From Candidatus Obscuribacterales bacterium (GTDB lineage Bacteria; Cyanobacteriota; Vampirovibrionia; Obscuribacterales; Obscuribacteraceae), in the NCBI GenBank assembly GCA_965228855.1, contig CBDDIJ010000002.1:384001-448000 (forward strand): a DNA stretch of 64,000 bases, written 5' to 3'. The notes beneath the pieces are model-generated. The model did not search any database. It was not told the DNA's origin and saw only the letters and a list, made by a program, of their open reading frames with translations. This document shows, in pieces, positions 20,588 through 30,423 of the stretch. The position numbers were made by a program, and so were the translations under genes. Each line of letters opens with the position of its first letter. Within the stretch, counting starts at the first letter, position 1.

Positions 20588-21046
20588 CTACTATATGATC
20601 CCGTTTTTCCCGCCGCCCTACTATATGATCTCGTTTCTTTTCAACGACCGCTGACACCCGGCTAGCCTTGTGGCGCAACCAAGGACAGCCTCGCTCCCGT
20701 CCAGGGCACTCGTCGCAAGGCACTTTTGGCTACGTAGCGTAGACGGATTTTCAAAAATCCGGCAACGCCACAGCGCCAAAACGCAGTTGATCTCACTTTA
20801 AAACGCAACCAAAGCGGACTAAAAACCAGACGAACTCTGACTTCTAGCGCATCCACGCTATCCTACGGCATCTAGTAGCTATGCAACAGGCACTTTTGGC
20901 TACGCTGCGTAGACGGAATTTTCAAAAATCCGGCAACGCCACAGCGCCAAAACGCAGTTCGCAAACCTCAAACTGAAATCAAACGCCCAAGAACTAGTCT
21001 CACTAGGTCCTTTCAAGGAACGAGCTTATACGTCGGCTTATAGTAG
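20588..21046. repeat. Composite palindromic element, locus 4 (two cores, 20726-20779 and 20896-20950)
   Basis: AGGCACTTTTGGCTACG..GCGTAGACGGA(A)TTTTCAAAAATCCGGCAACGCCACAGCGCCAAAACGCAGTT twice, 170 bp apart; arms CTACTATA 20588 and 20618, TCTAGTAG 20871, TATAGTAG 21039. Confidence 0.9.
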
Positions 21047-21091
21047 CCATGGTATGATCATCGCATTTCCTAGAATGAAAGGGGTATATGC

Positions 21092-22201
21092 ATGTCCAGA
21101 CTGGCTCTCGTTCGTGACGAGAAATTTCGCGAACACCTGACACCGGAGGAGCATCCCGAGTCACCCGCCCGTCTTGTCGCAATCGATAAACGATTGAAGT
21201 CTATGGCACTGGAAACCGCGTTCAAACAGCTGGCACCGCGTGCGGCATCAGAAGACGAAATTGCCATAATCCATTCGCAGTCCTATATAGAGATGTTGAA
21301 GGAGGACTCCGAAGCAGCAAACAATCGTAAGAGTTTTATTCCACTGGACGGCGACACATTCATGAGTCCAAGAACTTACGATATTGCCAAGCTCGCTGCT
21401 GGAGCGGGTTTAGTAGGAGTCGAAGCGGTAAGCGGCGAGGAGCACGACAGTTCCTTCGTCGCAGTGCGACCTCCCGGGCACCATGCTCTGGTTGATAAAC
21501 CGATGGGATTCTGCCTCTTCAACAACGTAGCCATAGCGGCTCGCCATGCGCAAAAGAAGTTGAATGCCAAACGTGTCATGATTATCGACTGGGATGTGCA
21601 TCACGGAAACGGAACCCAGGACATATTCTACGATGACCCATCCGTTCTATTTTGCTCGCTCCACCAATACCCTTTCTGGCCGCCGGATTCCGGCTGGTTC
21701 ATGGAAGACGGCAAAGGCGAGGGACGCGGATACAACATCAACATTCCGCTGCCGAACGGTACAGGCGACCGCGGATACTTCGCCGCGTTCGATCGGCTTG
21801 TAAAGCCGGTTTGTGCAGAATATGCACCGGACGTAATCATGTTATCGGCTGGATACGACGCGCATGAACTTGACCCGCTCGCCCAGCAACGCATAACCAC
21901 GCTGGGTTTTGCGATGCTCTCCCAGAGAATTGCGGATTTGCGCGATATGACTGGAGCTAAATTGGTTTGCTTCCTCGAAGGCGGCTATAACACTCAATCG
22001 CTCTCGGAATCAGCGTTGGCGACGATGCAAATTTTGAATGCCGACAGCGCCGAAGCCTCTGCCGTCGTTCAAACTTCATATGCAATGCCGGCCGCATCCG
22101 GAGAAAAACCCATCAACCAAGACAAATCGCCGGACCGGGTGGACGAGCGCATTGAAGATATAAGGCAACACTTTTCGAAGTACTGGAAAAACTTGCGATA
22201 A
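21092..22201 (+). CDS. Histone deacetylase family protein
   Basis: HPESPARL, RPPGHHA, GFCLFNN, DWDVHHGNGTQ, SAGYD, LEGGY. Confidence 0.95.
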   Translation: MSRLALVRDEKFREHLTPEEHPESPARLVAIDKRLKSMALETAFKQLAPRAASEDEIAIIHSQSYIEMLKEDSEAANNRKSFIPLDGDTFMSPRTYDIAKLAAGAGLVGVEAVSGEEHDSSFVAVRPPGHHALVDKPMGFCLFNNVAIAARHAQKKLNAKRVMIIDWDVHHGNGTQDIFYDDPSVLFCSLHQYPFWPPDSGWFMEDGKGEGRGYNINIPLPNGTGDRGYFAAFDRLVKPVCAEYAPDVIMLSAGYDAHELDPLAQQRITTLGFAMLSQRIADLRDMTGAKLVCFLEGGYNTQSLSESALATMQILNADSAEASAVVQTSYAMPAASGEKPINQDKSPDRVDERIEDIRQHFSKYWKNLR

Positions 22202-22211
22202 CGATGACTCG

Positions 22212-23261
22212 ATGAACAGAATGTTCACGCTTAAAAACAGCACAGCGCTGCTCGTCGCGCTGATGCTAACAGCGTGCGCGCAAGAAACGCGAACTGAAGT
22301 ATCGTGGAAAACAAACTTCGATGACGCCAAGTATCTGGACATTCAACAAGATCGAGACAAGGCAAAGGAGCAGTACAAGCTCGCCCTGGCAAAGCTTCCG
22401 AAGGAAGAATTGCCGGACTGGCGCGCTGAAATTTTAGCGCGCCTGGCACGGCTTGAAGTTATTGACGGAAATCTGGAAGAAGCAAACAAACTCGCCGACG
22501 AAGCCTTGAAGCTGACCCTCGATCCCAAAGCTCAAGGTGAAAACCATGGCGAGGTTCTCATTGCCATCGATGACCTCGCCGAAGCCTACAGCGAGCGTTC
22601 CTACAAAGCCAAAAGCGACAGGGCATCCTGTCTGGCGATGGCAATAAAGTTGCTCGACGGGCCGTTCAAGCGTCCCAGCAAAGTTTTGAGCAGGAGCCGA
22701 GTGCAACTCGCCGCAATCTATCTTGTCAACGGCGAAAAACAGAAGGCAGAACCTCTGGCAAAAATTCTCATCGAAAGAGCTAAGGCAACCAAGACCCACA
22801 GGTCACTGCGCGAGTTAGCCGCGGGTTATAAAATTGCCGGTGACGAAAAACGATGCAAGGAAATTCTTGCAATCGAAAAGTCCCTTTTGAAGGAGCCCGG
22901 AAGAGAGGGTCCGATGCTTGCGCTCTTCACAGGCGAGGTCGCAAAACTCTACGCCGACAACGGGAAATATGAAGAAGCCGCCAAAACCATCACCGACTTG
23001 GAAGCGAAGATCAAACCTAAGAAGTTAACGGCGGCCTTCTACGAGCAGCTTGCCACCATATATGAGGCACAAGGGAAAGTCAAAGAAGCAGACGCCAGCT
23101 TTGAGGACGCCATCGAGGTTGACCGACCGAATCCCGCCCACAGAAAGGATCTCAGAAAACGCATGGAAGCCTACGCCCGCTATCTGCGCAGAACGCATCG
23201 CCAGCAAAAGGCCGATGAGATGCAAGCAAAAGCTGATGCGTTGCGCGATCAGAACTATTAA
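22212..23261 (+). CDS. TPR-repeat lipoprotein
   Basis: Lipobox LTAC; helical TPR-like repeats (LYADNGKYEEA, IYEAQGKVKEA). Confidence 0.75.
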   Translation: MNRMFTLKNSTALLVALMLTACAQETRTEVSWKTNFDDAKYLDIQQDRDKAKEQYKLALAKLPKEELPDWRAEILARLARLEVIDGNLEEANKLADEALKLTLDPKAQGENHGEVLIAIDDLAEAYSERSYKAKSDRASCLAMAIKLLDGPFKRPSKVLSRSRVQLAAIYLVNGEKQKAEPLAKILIERAKATKTHRSLRELAAGYKIAGDEKRCKEILAIEKSLLKEPGREGPMLALFTGEVAKLYADNGKYEEAAKTITDLEAKIKPKKLTAAFYEQLATIYEAQGKVKEADASFEDAIEVDRPNPAHRKDLRKRMEAYARYLRRTHRQQKADEMQAKADALRDQNY

Positions 23262-23277
23262 TTAGTTTCAAAAACAC

Positions 23278-24246
23278 CTACCGAGCAGAGAACAAAGCAA
23301 GCGAAGTCTTTCTCTCCTTCGCCTGTGCAAGCGCCTTTTCGCAGGCGGCAAGCACGATTCCAGGATGCTCGCATGTGTCAGGGATGCTCGCCACGCCGGC
23401 GCAGAATATGCCCTGATTGGCGTCAAGACCAGGCTGAAGAGGACCTTCCATCAAAACCTTTTCGACTTTCTGACCAAATTGAATGGCGTCGTTAGAAGTG
23501 CTGCCAGGCAATATGAAGGCGAATTGTCGTTCTTTGTAATGCGAAACGATATCAACGCCTTTCATCACTGATTGAAATCGACGAAAAGCCTCTTTCAATG
23601 CGCGTTCCGGCATCGGCATGATCTTGTCGCCGCCGTAGTTAGCAAGGAGTTCAAAAACGATGACAGCCATAGGGGTCTTGAAAGCCTCATAACGAGAGTA
23701 CTCTCTCGCCATGAAGTAGAAGAAGCCCGCACGTGTGATAAAGCCGGTCTCCGGATTTCGAAGGTTTCGGTCGATTTCGTCCACCAGAGCCCGGTCGAAC
23801 TCCACCGGAGGCGGCAAGTTCAACTGCGGCACCGCCGGCGGTGCTGACAATCCTCCACCCTGCAAGCCTCCGTTAGGACCAGACAATTGGCTCACCGTCT
23901 GGCTTTTCGCTGGCAACGCAGCAGTTACGGAACGTTCGGCGCCACACTCGGCGACAATGAGACTCTCGATCAAAGTGGTATCATCACTGTCGAAGCTCCA
24001 GAGAACAGCAGCATCAGCGGTTTCACCCTGATATAAAACCCAGTTGGCGTCATCTTCGCCGGGGAAGCAAGAGACTTTCAGCAAAAAGGTCGGACTGGAC
24101 TGGCTCTTCCAGGGCAATTCGATGACCGCACTGGTGTTCTTTTTGGCTTGCTCAAGAGCAAAATCCAAATCTGCAGTGCCTGGAATATTGCTTAGCTTTC
24201 CCAGGCGCAGACTGGCGCCAGAGCTCGAATTATCATCTAGTGGCAT
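23278..24246 (-). CDS. Degenerate GGDEF-domain protein
   Basis: NPETGFITR (DxLTG-like), DIVSHYKERQFAFILP replacing RxGGDEF, AGVA, ALAQAKE. Confidence 0.7.
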   Translation of the reverse strand: MPLDDNSSSGASLRLGKLSNIPGTADLDFALEQAKKNTSAVIELPWKSQSSPTFLLKVSCFPGEDDANWVLYQGETADAAVLWSFDSDDTTLIESLIVAECGAERSVTAALPAKSQTVSQLSGPNGGLQGGGLSAPPAVPQLNLPPPVEFDRALVDEIDRNLRNPETGFITRAGFFYFMAREYSRYEAFKTPMAVIVFELLANYGGDKIMPMPERALKEAFRRFQSVMKGVDIVSHYKERQFAFILPGSTSNDAIQFGQKVEKVLMEGPLQPGLDANQGIFCAGVASIPDTCEHPGIVLAACEKALAQAKERKTSLALFSAR

Positions 24247-24831
24247 GTTTCAGGGAGTCCATTTACACAGCAAAACGGATTGGAAGAATGCGCGCACCTC
24301 GCAGTCGAGGCGTCAGCACCCTGCCATAAACTCTCTACCCACTGACGAGAACAAAATCACCCGGATCGATCGAGGACAGGAGCTGAAGCCGATCTCGCCT
24401 ACTGACAACCCGGAATTACCGAAAGAAACTCCTGAAATGACACTATGAAGAATACCTCACGTTAGCTATTTGCAGAGCTAGCGAAGCATCGCCAAAACCC
24501 GCACCTGTTGGCGTTCGCCCCGATCCGTATGTCCTGTTCCGGTCGAGCTCGGTATAGCTTTCCGAATCCAGAACCTTTCAAGCTAGTTATTATTAAACTC
24601 TTCGCGGTTGTCATCAAATACCGCCTATTACTACTTTAAAAGCATCATTAGTTTTTCTTTTGACCATCCAAACGCAAGCACTGTTATAGCTAGATTTTTC
24701 ACGCGACATTTTCCTCTACCCGAGGATAAATTCAACTCGCGCTGAGAACCTCGCTCTAGCTGTGCGCGTCACTGCTGTCGGCGTCTCGCGATGTCGACAT
24801 CACAGGCGTTAGCCTCCATAGGACAGGGAAT

Positions 24832-25851
24832 ATGATTCTCGCAAATCCACTATGGCTCTTGCTTGTGCTGCTGCTGCCAATCCCGTGGTTGGTGGCGCGA
24901 CGCAAGGGCTACGTCGGTCTACCCGGCGTCGGCAGAATCGCCCCCATTAAGGGCGGCTGGATTCTGCATCTGATTCCTGTTTTGCTTCTTGTCGCTGGTT
25001 TCGCAAGTTTGTCCATCGCACTGGCACGCCCTCAGAAGCTGCATGTTGTAACGACCAACTCGTTCAAGTCTCGCGACATTTTGATTGGCGTGGACATCTC
25101 CGGCTCGATGGCAGGACACTTCGGCAAACCGCCCGAGAGTGTCGTCGGCCAGACCGAGCTGGATAAGGACTTCCCAGGACGTCCCGATCGCCAGCCCAAG
25201 GGCAAGCAGGACCCGTTTAGCGGGATTGGTGAGCGGCGCATCGACAACGCGCAAGCAGCCACTCTCGACTTCATTCGCAACCGTTATCTCGCCAAAGCCG
25301 GCGACCGCGTCGGACTTTTCGTGTTCGACACCGAGCAGTACTGGCACTGGCCGCTGACGCATGACCTCAAGATGATCTACCGGAAAGTGCACTTTGCAGA
25401 CGAAGGTCTGGGCGGCGGCACCAATTTCGGCAGTTATCCTCCCGGTCCGCTCGACGCAGCTGCTGAGCATCTCGATGACATGGGTCGCGCCGCCACGCGC
25501 GTGCTGATCATGGTCACCGACTGCGAAGACAGCGTCTACGGCGACACTTTCAATCGCCTGGAAGCGCTCGCAGCAAAATACAGGTTGAAACTGTATGTCG
25601 TGGTCGTCGGCTCGTCGCAGGCGGACCCGGACATCATCCGGCTCGCCGAAGCGACCGGCGGAAAAGGTTTTCGCGCCGACAACCCTCAGGACCTCAAGGA
25701 CTGCTTTCAGACCATCGACAAGATGGAGCAGTCTACGGTCACTGTGGAGACTTCGGAGAACCGCGAAGAGCTTTTCTTCTACTTCGCCTGGGCGGCAATC
25801 GGTCTCTTTCTTCTCGGCACCATCGGCGAGGCACTCGTCCTCAACCGATAG
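24832..25851 (+). CDS. vWA-domain membrane protein (BatA/MxaC-like)
   Basis: NPLWLLL, ALARP, MIDAS DISGSM, DRVGLFVF, PLTHD, VTD. Confidence 0.85.
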   Translation: MILANPLWLLLVLLLPIPWLVARRKGYVGLPGVGRIAPIKGGWILHLIPVLLLVAGFASLSIALARPQKLHVVTTNSFKSRDILIGVDISGSMAGHFGKPPESVVGQTELDKDFPGRPDRQPKGKQDPFSGIGERRIDNAQAATLDFIRNRYLAKAGDRVGLFVFDTEQYWHWPLTHDLKMIYRKVHFADEGLGGGTNFGSYPPGPLDAAAEHLDDMGRAATRVLIMVTDCEDSVYGDTFNRLEALAAKYRLKLYVVVVGSSQADPDIIRLAEATGGKGFRADNPQDLKDCFQTIDKMEQSTVTVETSENREELFFYFAWAAIGLFLLGTIGEALVLNR

Positions 25852-25924
25852 TTCGATTGGCAGCAGGGTGAACAACTCCCGCCGGGAGTCGCTACTGCCG
25901 CCTGGAATCAGGAGTTAGCACACG

Positions 25925-26461
25925 ATGACAAATCTAGCAGATTTCATCCGTGCTTATCGTGTTCAGGCTATGACCCTACTGATGGTGGCAAGCATCTGCG
26001 CGTCGCTGTACGGGGTTTACCGCCTGGTTTCTTATTCGGTACCGATGGCGTCTGAGGATTTCGTTGGCGCAGTCGAATCGCCGGTTGCGGATCGTCCGCT
26101 GGTTCTCTACAACTTGGGGCTGCAAGCCTACAAGATGGAGAACCACGACATCGCCAAGCAGATTCTGACTGATGCGTTCAATGAGCTCACCAGGAACACG
26201 GGCGTGGTTCCTCCCGACAGGAAGGAACTCGCCGGCCAGATCCAGTTCATGCTGGGTGTGGTCAACGAACACGAAAAGCAGTTTCGCGTTGCGATCACGG
26301 CGTACGAAGATTGTCTTCGTCAGACGCCGGAGAATCTCAATGCCAAGTACAACCTCGAGCGGCTGAAGCAGCAATTTCCCGACATGGGCAAGGGCGGCTC
26401 ACCGCAAGATCCGTCCGGAGATCCCTCCTCCGGCAAACGCAATGACAAGAAGGGCATCTAG
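25925..26461 (+). CDS. TPR protein (MxaK/BatC-like)
   Basis: YNLG...AITAYEDCLRQTPENLNAKYNLE. Confidence 0.75.
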   Translation: MTNLADFIRAYRVQAMTLLMVASICASLYGVYRLVSYSVPMASEDFVGAVESPVADRPLVLYNLGLQAYKMENHDIAKQILTDAFNELTRNTGVVPPDRKELAGQIQFMLGVVNEHEKQFRVAITAYEDCLRQTPENLNAKYNLERLKQQFPDMGKGGSPQDPSGDPSSGKRNDKKGI

Positions 26462-26472
26462 GAGAGATAACT

Positions 26473-27600
26473 ATGCATCTCATCAATCCGACGGTGCTCT
26501 GGCTGCTCGTGGCGATTCCGCCGCTGGCAGGCTTGGCACTGTGGTTCGCCTGGAAACAGAACGAAAGTTTCCAGGATCGTTTCGGTGACAGAAAGCTGTT
26601 CGGGCGGCTCTCCGAGTTCGTCACGTCCGGCACTTACGCGGTCAAGGCAGTCTGCCTGATCGTGGGATTGTCACTACTAGTGGTGGCGCTCGCGCGTCCG
26701 TCGATTAAGAACGGTACCGCTGAGTTCCCGCACGGTAACATCGATGTGATTGCCATCGTCGACGTCAGTCGCTCGATGGCGGTGCCTGACTACAAAGGCA
26801 CACTCGATGGCACCACCTATGCCGAAGGGCGCAGGCTGGATATGGCGCGGCATCTTATCCTCACGGACATGATTCCGTCGCTCAACTACAACCGGCTCGG
26901 CATCGTATCCTACGCCGGCTCCGGTTTCCCGATGGCCTTCCTGTCGGACGACATGCTGGCACTGGACTGGATGCTGAAACGCGCGCTCGTCATGGGCAGC
27001 GCTCCGGGCGAAAACTCGGAACTCGGCAAAGCCTTCCAGATGGCAAACACGCTGTTCGACCTCGACTCGAAGCCGGGGAATCGGCGCATCGTCGTGCTGT
27101 TCTCGGATGGTGGCAACGACACGGAACTGCCGGAATTGCATGAGGCGATTGCCGAAATGCAAAAGCGCGGTGTCGAGCTCATCATCGTCGGTCTCGGCAA
27201 GCCAGTCGGACAGCCCATCCCGGTGAAGCTTCTGAGCAGAGCGGACCAAAACCGCTTCTCCGACTCGGAGTTCTACCAGCACGAGGGACAAACGGTCACG
27301 TCCAAGCTCGAGGAGAACACGCTTCTTCTCATGCGCAACATGACAGGCGCGCGCTATGTTCGCGTCGTCAATCCGTCCGACTTCAAGATTGGCAATCTGA
27401 TTTCGCGGGCCGATGTAAAATTCAAAGATGGTGAACAGGAACTGTTCGTCTGGCCGCTCATGTTGGCGGCGCTGTTCCTGATGGCCACTCTGTTCATCCC
27501 ACGCACTCGCAAGAGCGGTAATTTGTCGCAATACAAGTTCCGCCGAGACGAGAAGCATAAGTCTCCTGGTCGAGCGCAACGCGACCGGGCGAACGAATGA
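26473..27600 (+). CDS. vWA-domain membrane protein (BatB/MxaL-like)
   Basis: ALARP, DVSRSMAVPD, LFSDGG. Confidence 0.85.
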   Translation: MHLINPTVLWLLVAIPPLAGLALWFAWKQNESFQDRFGDRKLFGRLSEFVTSGTYAVKAVCLIVGLSLLVVALARPSIKNGTAEFPHGNIDVIAIVDVSRSMAVPDYKGTLDGTTYAEGRRLDMARHLILTDMIPSLNYNRLGIVSYAGSGFPMAFLSDDMLALDWMLKRALVMGSAPGENSELGKAFQMANTLFDLDSKPGNRRIVVLFSDGGNDTELPELHEAIAEMQKRGVELIIVGLGKPVGQPIPVKLLSRADQNRFSDSEFYQHEGQTVTSKLEENTLLLMRNMTGARYVRVVNPSDFKIGNLISRADVKFKDGEQELFVWPLMLAALFLMATLFIPRTRKSGNLSQYKFRRDEKHKSPGRAQRDRANE

Positions 27601-27615
27601 GGCAAGGAGTTTTCC

Positions 27616-28596
27616 ATGAAAACAATCCTGACCAACCTCGTCGCGCTCGTCGTCTGCGTGTCCCTCGCACTCGGGGGTCTCGTGTGGCTGACCAAGAGCG
27701 ACTTGACGGCTTGGCCTGATTTCAGCGCCGCCTCGCAAAATCCGGAAGATCCCCTGTCACCGCAGGTGGTGTCGGATTTCGATCGCGATTTCGGCTGGCG
27801 CATCGGGGACATTGTTCCCGTTCAGCTCTACCTGCACCAGAAGCCCGGCACCATTGTGGACCTCCACAGCCTGGCGGTGGAAGGGGACTTCGACATTCTC
27901 GAAGAACCCACGATCGTCACTCGCGACTACGAAGACGGCTCGAAGGACATCGGCATCAAGTTCCGAATCCAGAGCATGTCTCCCGCGAAGAAGCTCAACC
28001 TGAAGGTGAGCATGCTCTACCGGCATCTCGCCGGCGGTGACGACAAGCTGATTTCGATTCCCGCATTCGAAGCATACACCTCGCCGACCTGGGATGGTCG
28101 CGACATCATCAAGGATGGCAAGCCGGATTTCATCCAGGAGCACCACATGCTCTGGACCCTGGCGTTCATCTTCGGTGGTATCGCCCTTGCCACCACTGCG
28201 CGCTCCATGCGCCGGCGGTTCGTCGCCGAGGTCGAGCGCGCAAAGAAGAAAGCCTGGGAGACGCGAAGGCAGACCGCCAGACGCGAATTCGACGAAGCCT
28301 GGGCGCGTTTCGAAGCCGGTGAATACCGAGTTGAAAACTACAAAGCGATTGTTCGATGCCTGCGCAAGCTGTTTCGCATCGAATCAAAGGTCCGGCGCGA
28401 GATCGAGCTGGAACTCGGAGGCGGTCATCCCTATCGGGAGCAGACGCTGAAGATTCTCGAGATCACCAGCCGGGTCCTGTACGAAGAACGCGTCCTCAGC
28501 CGGGACGAGCACCAATCCATCAAAGATCTGTTCGATCAGATCGTCCCACCTCAAGTGGGACCAGGAGCGGTCGCCGAAGGCCAGAACGCGAACTAG
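27616..28596 (+). CDS. MxaA/BatD-like membrane protein
   Basis: RDFGWRIGD near the N-terminus, a TM helix and a helical C-terminus; context of vWA-TPR-vWA genes. Confidence 0.5.
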   Translation: MKTILTNLVALVVCVSLALGGLVWLTKSDLTAWPDFSAASQNPEDPLSPQVVSDFDRDFGWRIGDIVPVQLYLHQKPGTIVDLHSLAVEGDFDILEEPTIVTRDYEDGSKDIGIKFRIQSMSPAKKLNLKVSMLYRHLAGGDDKLISIPAFEAYTSPTWDGRDIIKDGKPDFIQEHHMLWTLAFIFGGIALATTARSMRRRFVAEVERAKKKAWETRRQTARREFDEAWARFEAGEYRVENYKAIVRCLRKLFRIESKVRREIELELGGGHPYREQTLKILEITSRVLYEERVLSRDEHQSIKDLFDQIVPPQVGPGAVAEGQNAN

Positions 28597-28601
28597 CAGC
28601 C

Positions 28602-28658
28602 GAACGGACCGTCCGCGAAGGGGCTTGTAACCCTGGTTGCGGACGGTCCCGTTCTTTT
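28602..28658 (+). terminator. Intrinsic terminator
   Basis: GAACGGACCGTCCGC...GCGGACGGTCCCGTTC followed by TTTT. Confidence 0.7.
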
Positions 28659-28713
28659 CACGCTTAGCCCGCGCGAGACAACTGCTCGTGCGGACTCCAA
28701 TCGAGTAACTGCC

Positions 28714-29577
28714 ATGACTAAAAGGACTTTCACCCTTCTCGTCGGAGTCCTCCTGCTGGTCGCATTTGCGCCAGTCTGGGCATCCTTGCAGTCCGGGAAG
28801 GGACAAACCATTTCAAATGAGAGGTCATCCTCACAAAAAACCGAATCCATTGCTCGCGGACGTTCGGCGAAAGCCGCTGTTCGCACCCATGAAAACTGCG
28901 TCGACGCGGAGGAAGCCTGCCTGCCGCCCGAAGCACCACCGGTGCTACCACTCAACGGCATCACGATCTTGCTGGACGCCGGTCACGGCGGCAGCGACAG
29001 CGGTGCCATTCGTGCCGGTGTCTACGAAAAGGACGTCAACCTGTCGGTGACCTTGAAGCTCCGCGACCTGCTGGTAAAGCAAGGCGCGACTGTTTATCTC
29101 ACGCGCAAGGACGATACTTTTCTGACACTCGACGAGCGCAAAGCGCTCATCGCGAAGTACGCCCCCACCCTCTTCTTGAGCATTCATTCGAATGCCAATG
29201 ACAAAACCGCAATCGACGGAATTGAGGCGTACTACTGGAATACCGTCAGTCCGACGCTCGCCCAGTCTATTTACCAGGCTGTCGCAGATGGCCTGGGCGA
29301 GCGAGGAAACTGGGTCCGCAAGCGCGAACTTGCCGTGGTACACCACGACTTCGCGCCAGCCGCCCTCATCGAAATCGGCTATTTGTCGAACGCACGCACG
29401 CGCAAGCTGCTCGCGGACGACAAATATCAAACTCGCGTTGCCGACTCGATTGAAGACGGAATCCTCGACTACGTTTCGAAACAGCGCCCTGGAGGCGCTG
29501 GTGGTCCTTCCGGAAACGGAAGCGACACCCCTACCGCTAAGCCTCCCGCGGACAAGTTGTCCGTGGTCGGCCTTTAG
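28714..29577 (+). CDS. N-acetylmuramoyl-L-alanine amidase (Amidase_3) with signal peptide
   Basis: LDAGHGG, YEKDVNL, TRKDD, SIHSN, IEIGYLSN. Confidence 0.93.
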   Translation: MTKRTFTLLVGVLLLVAFAPVWASLQSGKGQTISNERSSSQKTESIARGRSAKAAVRTHENCVDAEEACLPPEAPPVLPLNGITILLDAGHGGSDSGAIRAGVYEKDVNLSVTLKLRDLLVKQGATVYLTRKDDTFLTLDERKALIAKYAPTLFLSIHSNANDKTAIDGIEAYYWNTVSPTLAQSIYQAVADGLGERGNWVRKRELAVVHHDFAPAALIEIGYLSNARTRKLLADDKYQTRVADSIEDGILDYVSKQRPGGAGGPSGNGSDTPTAKPPADKLSVVGL

Positions 29578-29610
29578 CGTTCGCAATCAACGAATAGGAG
29601 AAACAGAATC

Positions 29611-29973
29611 ATGGAATTTCTGATCAGCATCGCGCTGCAAGTCCTGGCCCTTCTCGTCGTCGTCCCCGCCGTCACCGGCAACGGCGTCGCTGTTCGCCAG
29701 GGCGGCTTCTTCCGTGGTCTGCTCGTGCTCTTCTGCATCGGGCTCACCAACATGATCCTCTGGTTCGGGCTCACGCTCGTGACCGTGGGCATGACCATCG
29801 TCACCCAGTGGCTGACCTTCGGTCTCGTCGGTCTCCTGATCAACGCGCTGGCGATCAAACTCGTCGGCAATGCCCTCAACGACGTCCTCTACGTCCGCAG
29901 CTACGGCTCGGCGTTCCTGGCGGCCATCGTGATGGTGCTGACCAACTGCGCCATCCGCTACTTCCTGTTCTAA
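29611..29973 (+). CDS. Phage holin family / YvlD-like 4-TM protein
   Basis: Highly hydrophobic; LTFGLVGLLINAL and SYGSAFLAAIV motifs; AGGAG RBS. Confidence 0.75.
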   Translation: MEFLISIALQVLALLVVVPAVTGNGVAVRQGGFFRGLLVLFCIGLTNMILWFGLTLVTVGMTIVTQWLTFGLVGLLINALAIKLVGNALNDVLYVRSYGSAFLAAIVMVLTNCAIRYFLF

Positions 29974-29990
29974 CGAACAGCCGCTGAGAA

Positions 29991-30032
29991 GCAGCACCCG
30001 GAACCGCTCACAAAGCGACTTCCGGGTGCTGC
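29991..30032 (+). terminator. Stem-loop after the holin gene
   Basis: GCAGCACCCGGAA...TTCCGGGTGCTGC 13-bp stem; no U-tract. Confidence 0.55.
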
Positions 30033-30047
30033 CCTCCTCCAGAATTC

Positions 30048-30297
30048 CTACTATAAAGCCCAGTGTTTCCGTTTCTTCCAAATCGCACTCTGACACAGGG
30101 TTTAGGATGCCACTATGTGCGAGCTCAATCGATTTTGTCTATCACACGATGACGAATTTCGCGAAAAGTGTCATCTTGTCGTAGACAGACTCAGAGTTTC
30201 CGCGGTCAAAGCACCCGGGACTCGTAGCAAAGAAGCGCTCACCCACTGCTTTTAAGAGCGGCAGGACGCTAGCCAAGTTTACTTGTCTTTATAGTAG
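30048..30297. repeat. Composite palindromic element, locus 5 (core 30135-30188)
   Basis: TTGTCTATCACACGATGACGAATTTCGCGAAAAGTGTCATCTTGTCGTAGACAG; arms CTACTATAAAG...CTTTATAGTAG (11-bp inverted repeat). Confidence 0.9.
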
Positions 30298-30306
30298 CAA
30301 AATTTG

Positions 30307-30403
30307 AAAAAAAAAACGGCGACGAAAGCGCCGTGTTCCAGTTTGTTTTCCTTTTGCGGACGTTCAGACAAGGGACAAGCCGGATTTCTCCGGCTTGTCC
30401 CTT
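30307..30403 (-). terminator. Two stem-loops (30370-30403; 30316-30334 followed by a long U-run on the minus strand)
   Basis: AAGGGACAAGCCGGA/TCCGGCTTGTCCCTT; ACGGCG/CGCCGT next to an A-run. Confidence 0.7.
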
Positions 30404-30423
30404 TTCCGATGCGGCGATGGTGT

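Noticed and set aside
24919..27738. Minus-strand ORFs of 318 and 353 aa
   Set aside because: Shadows of the vWA genes.
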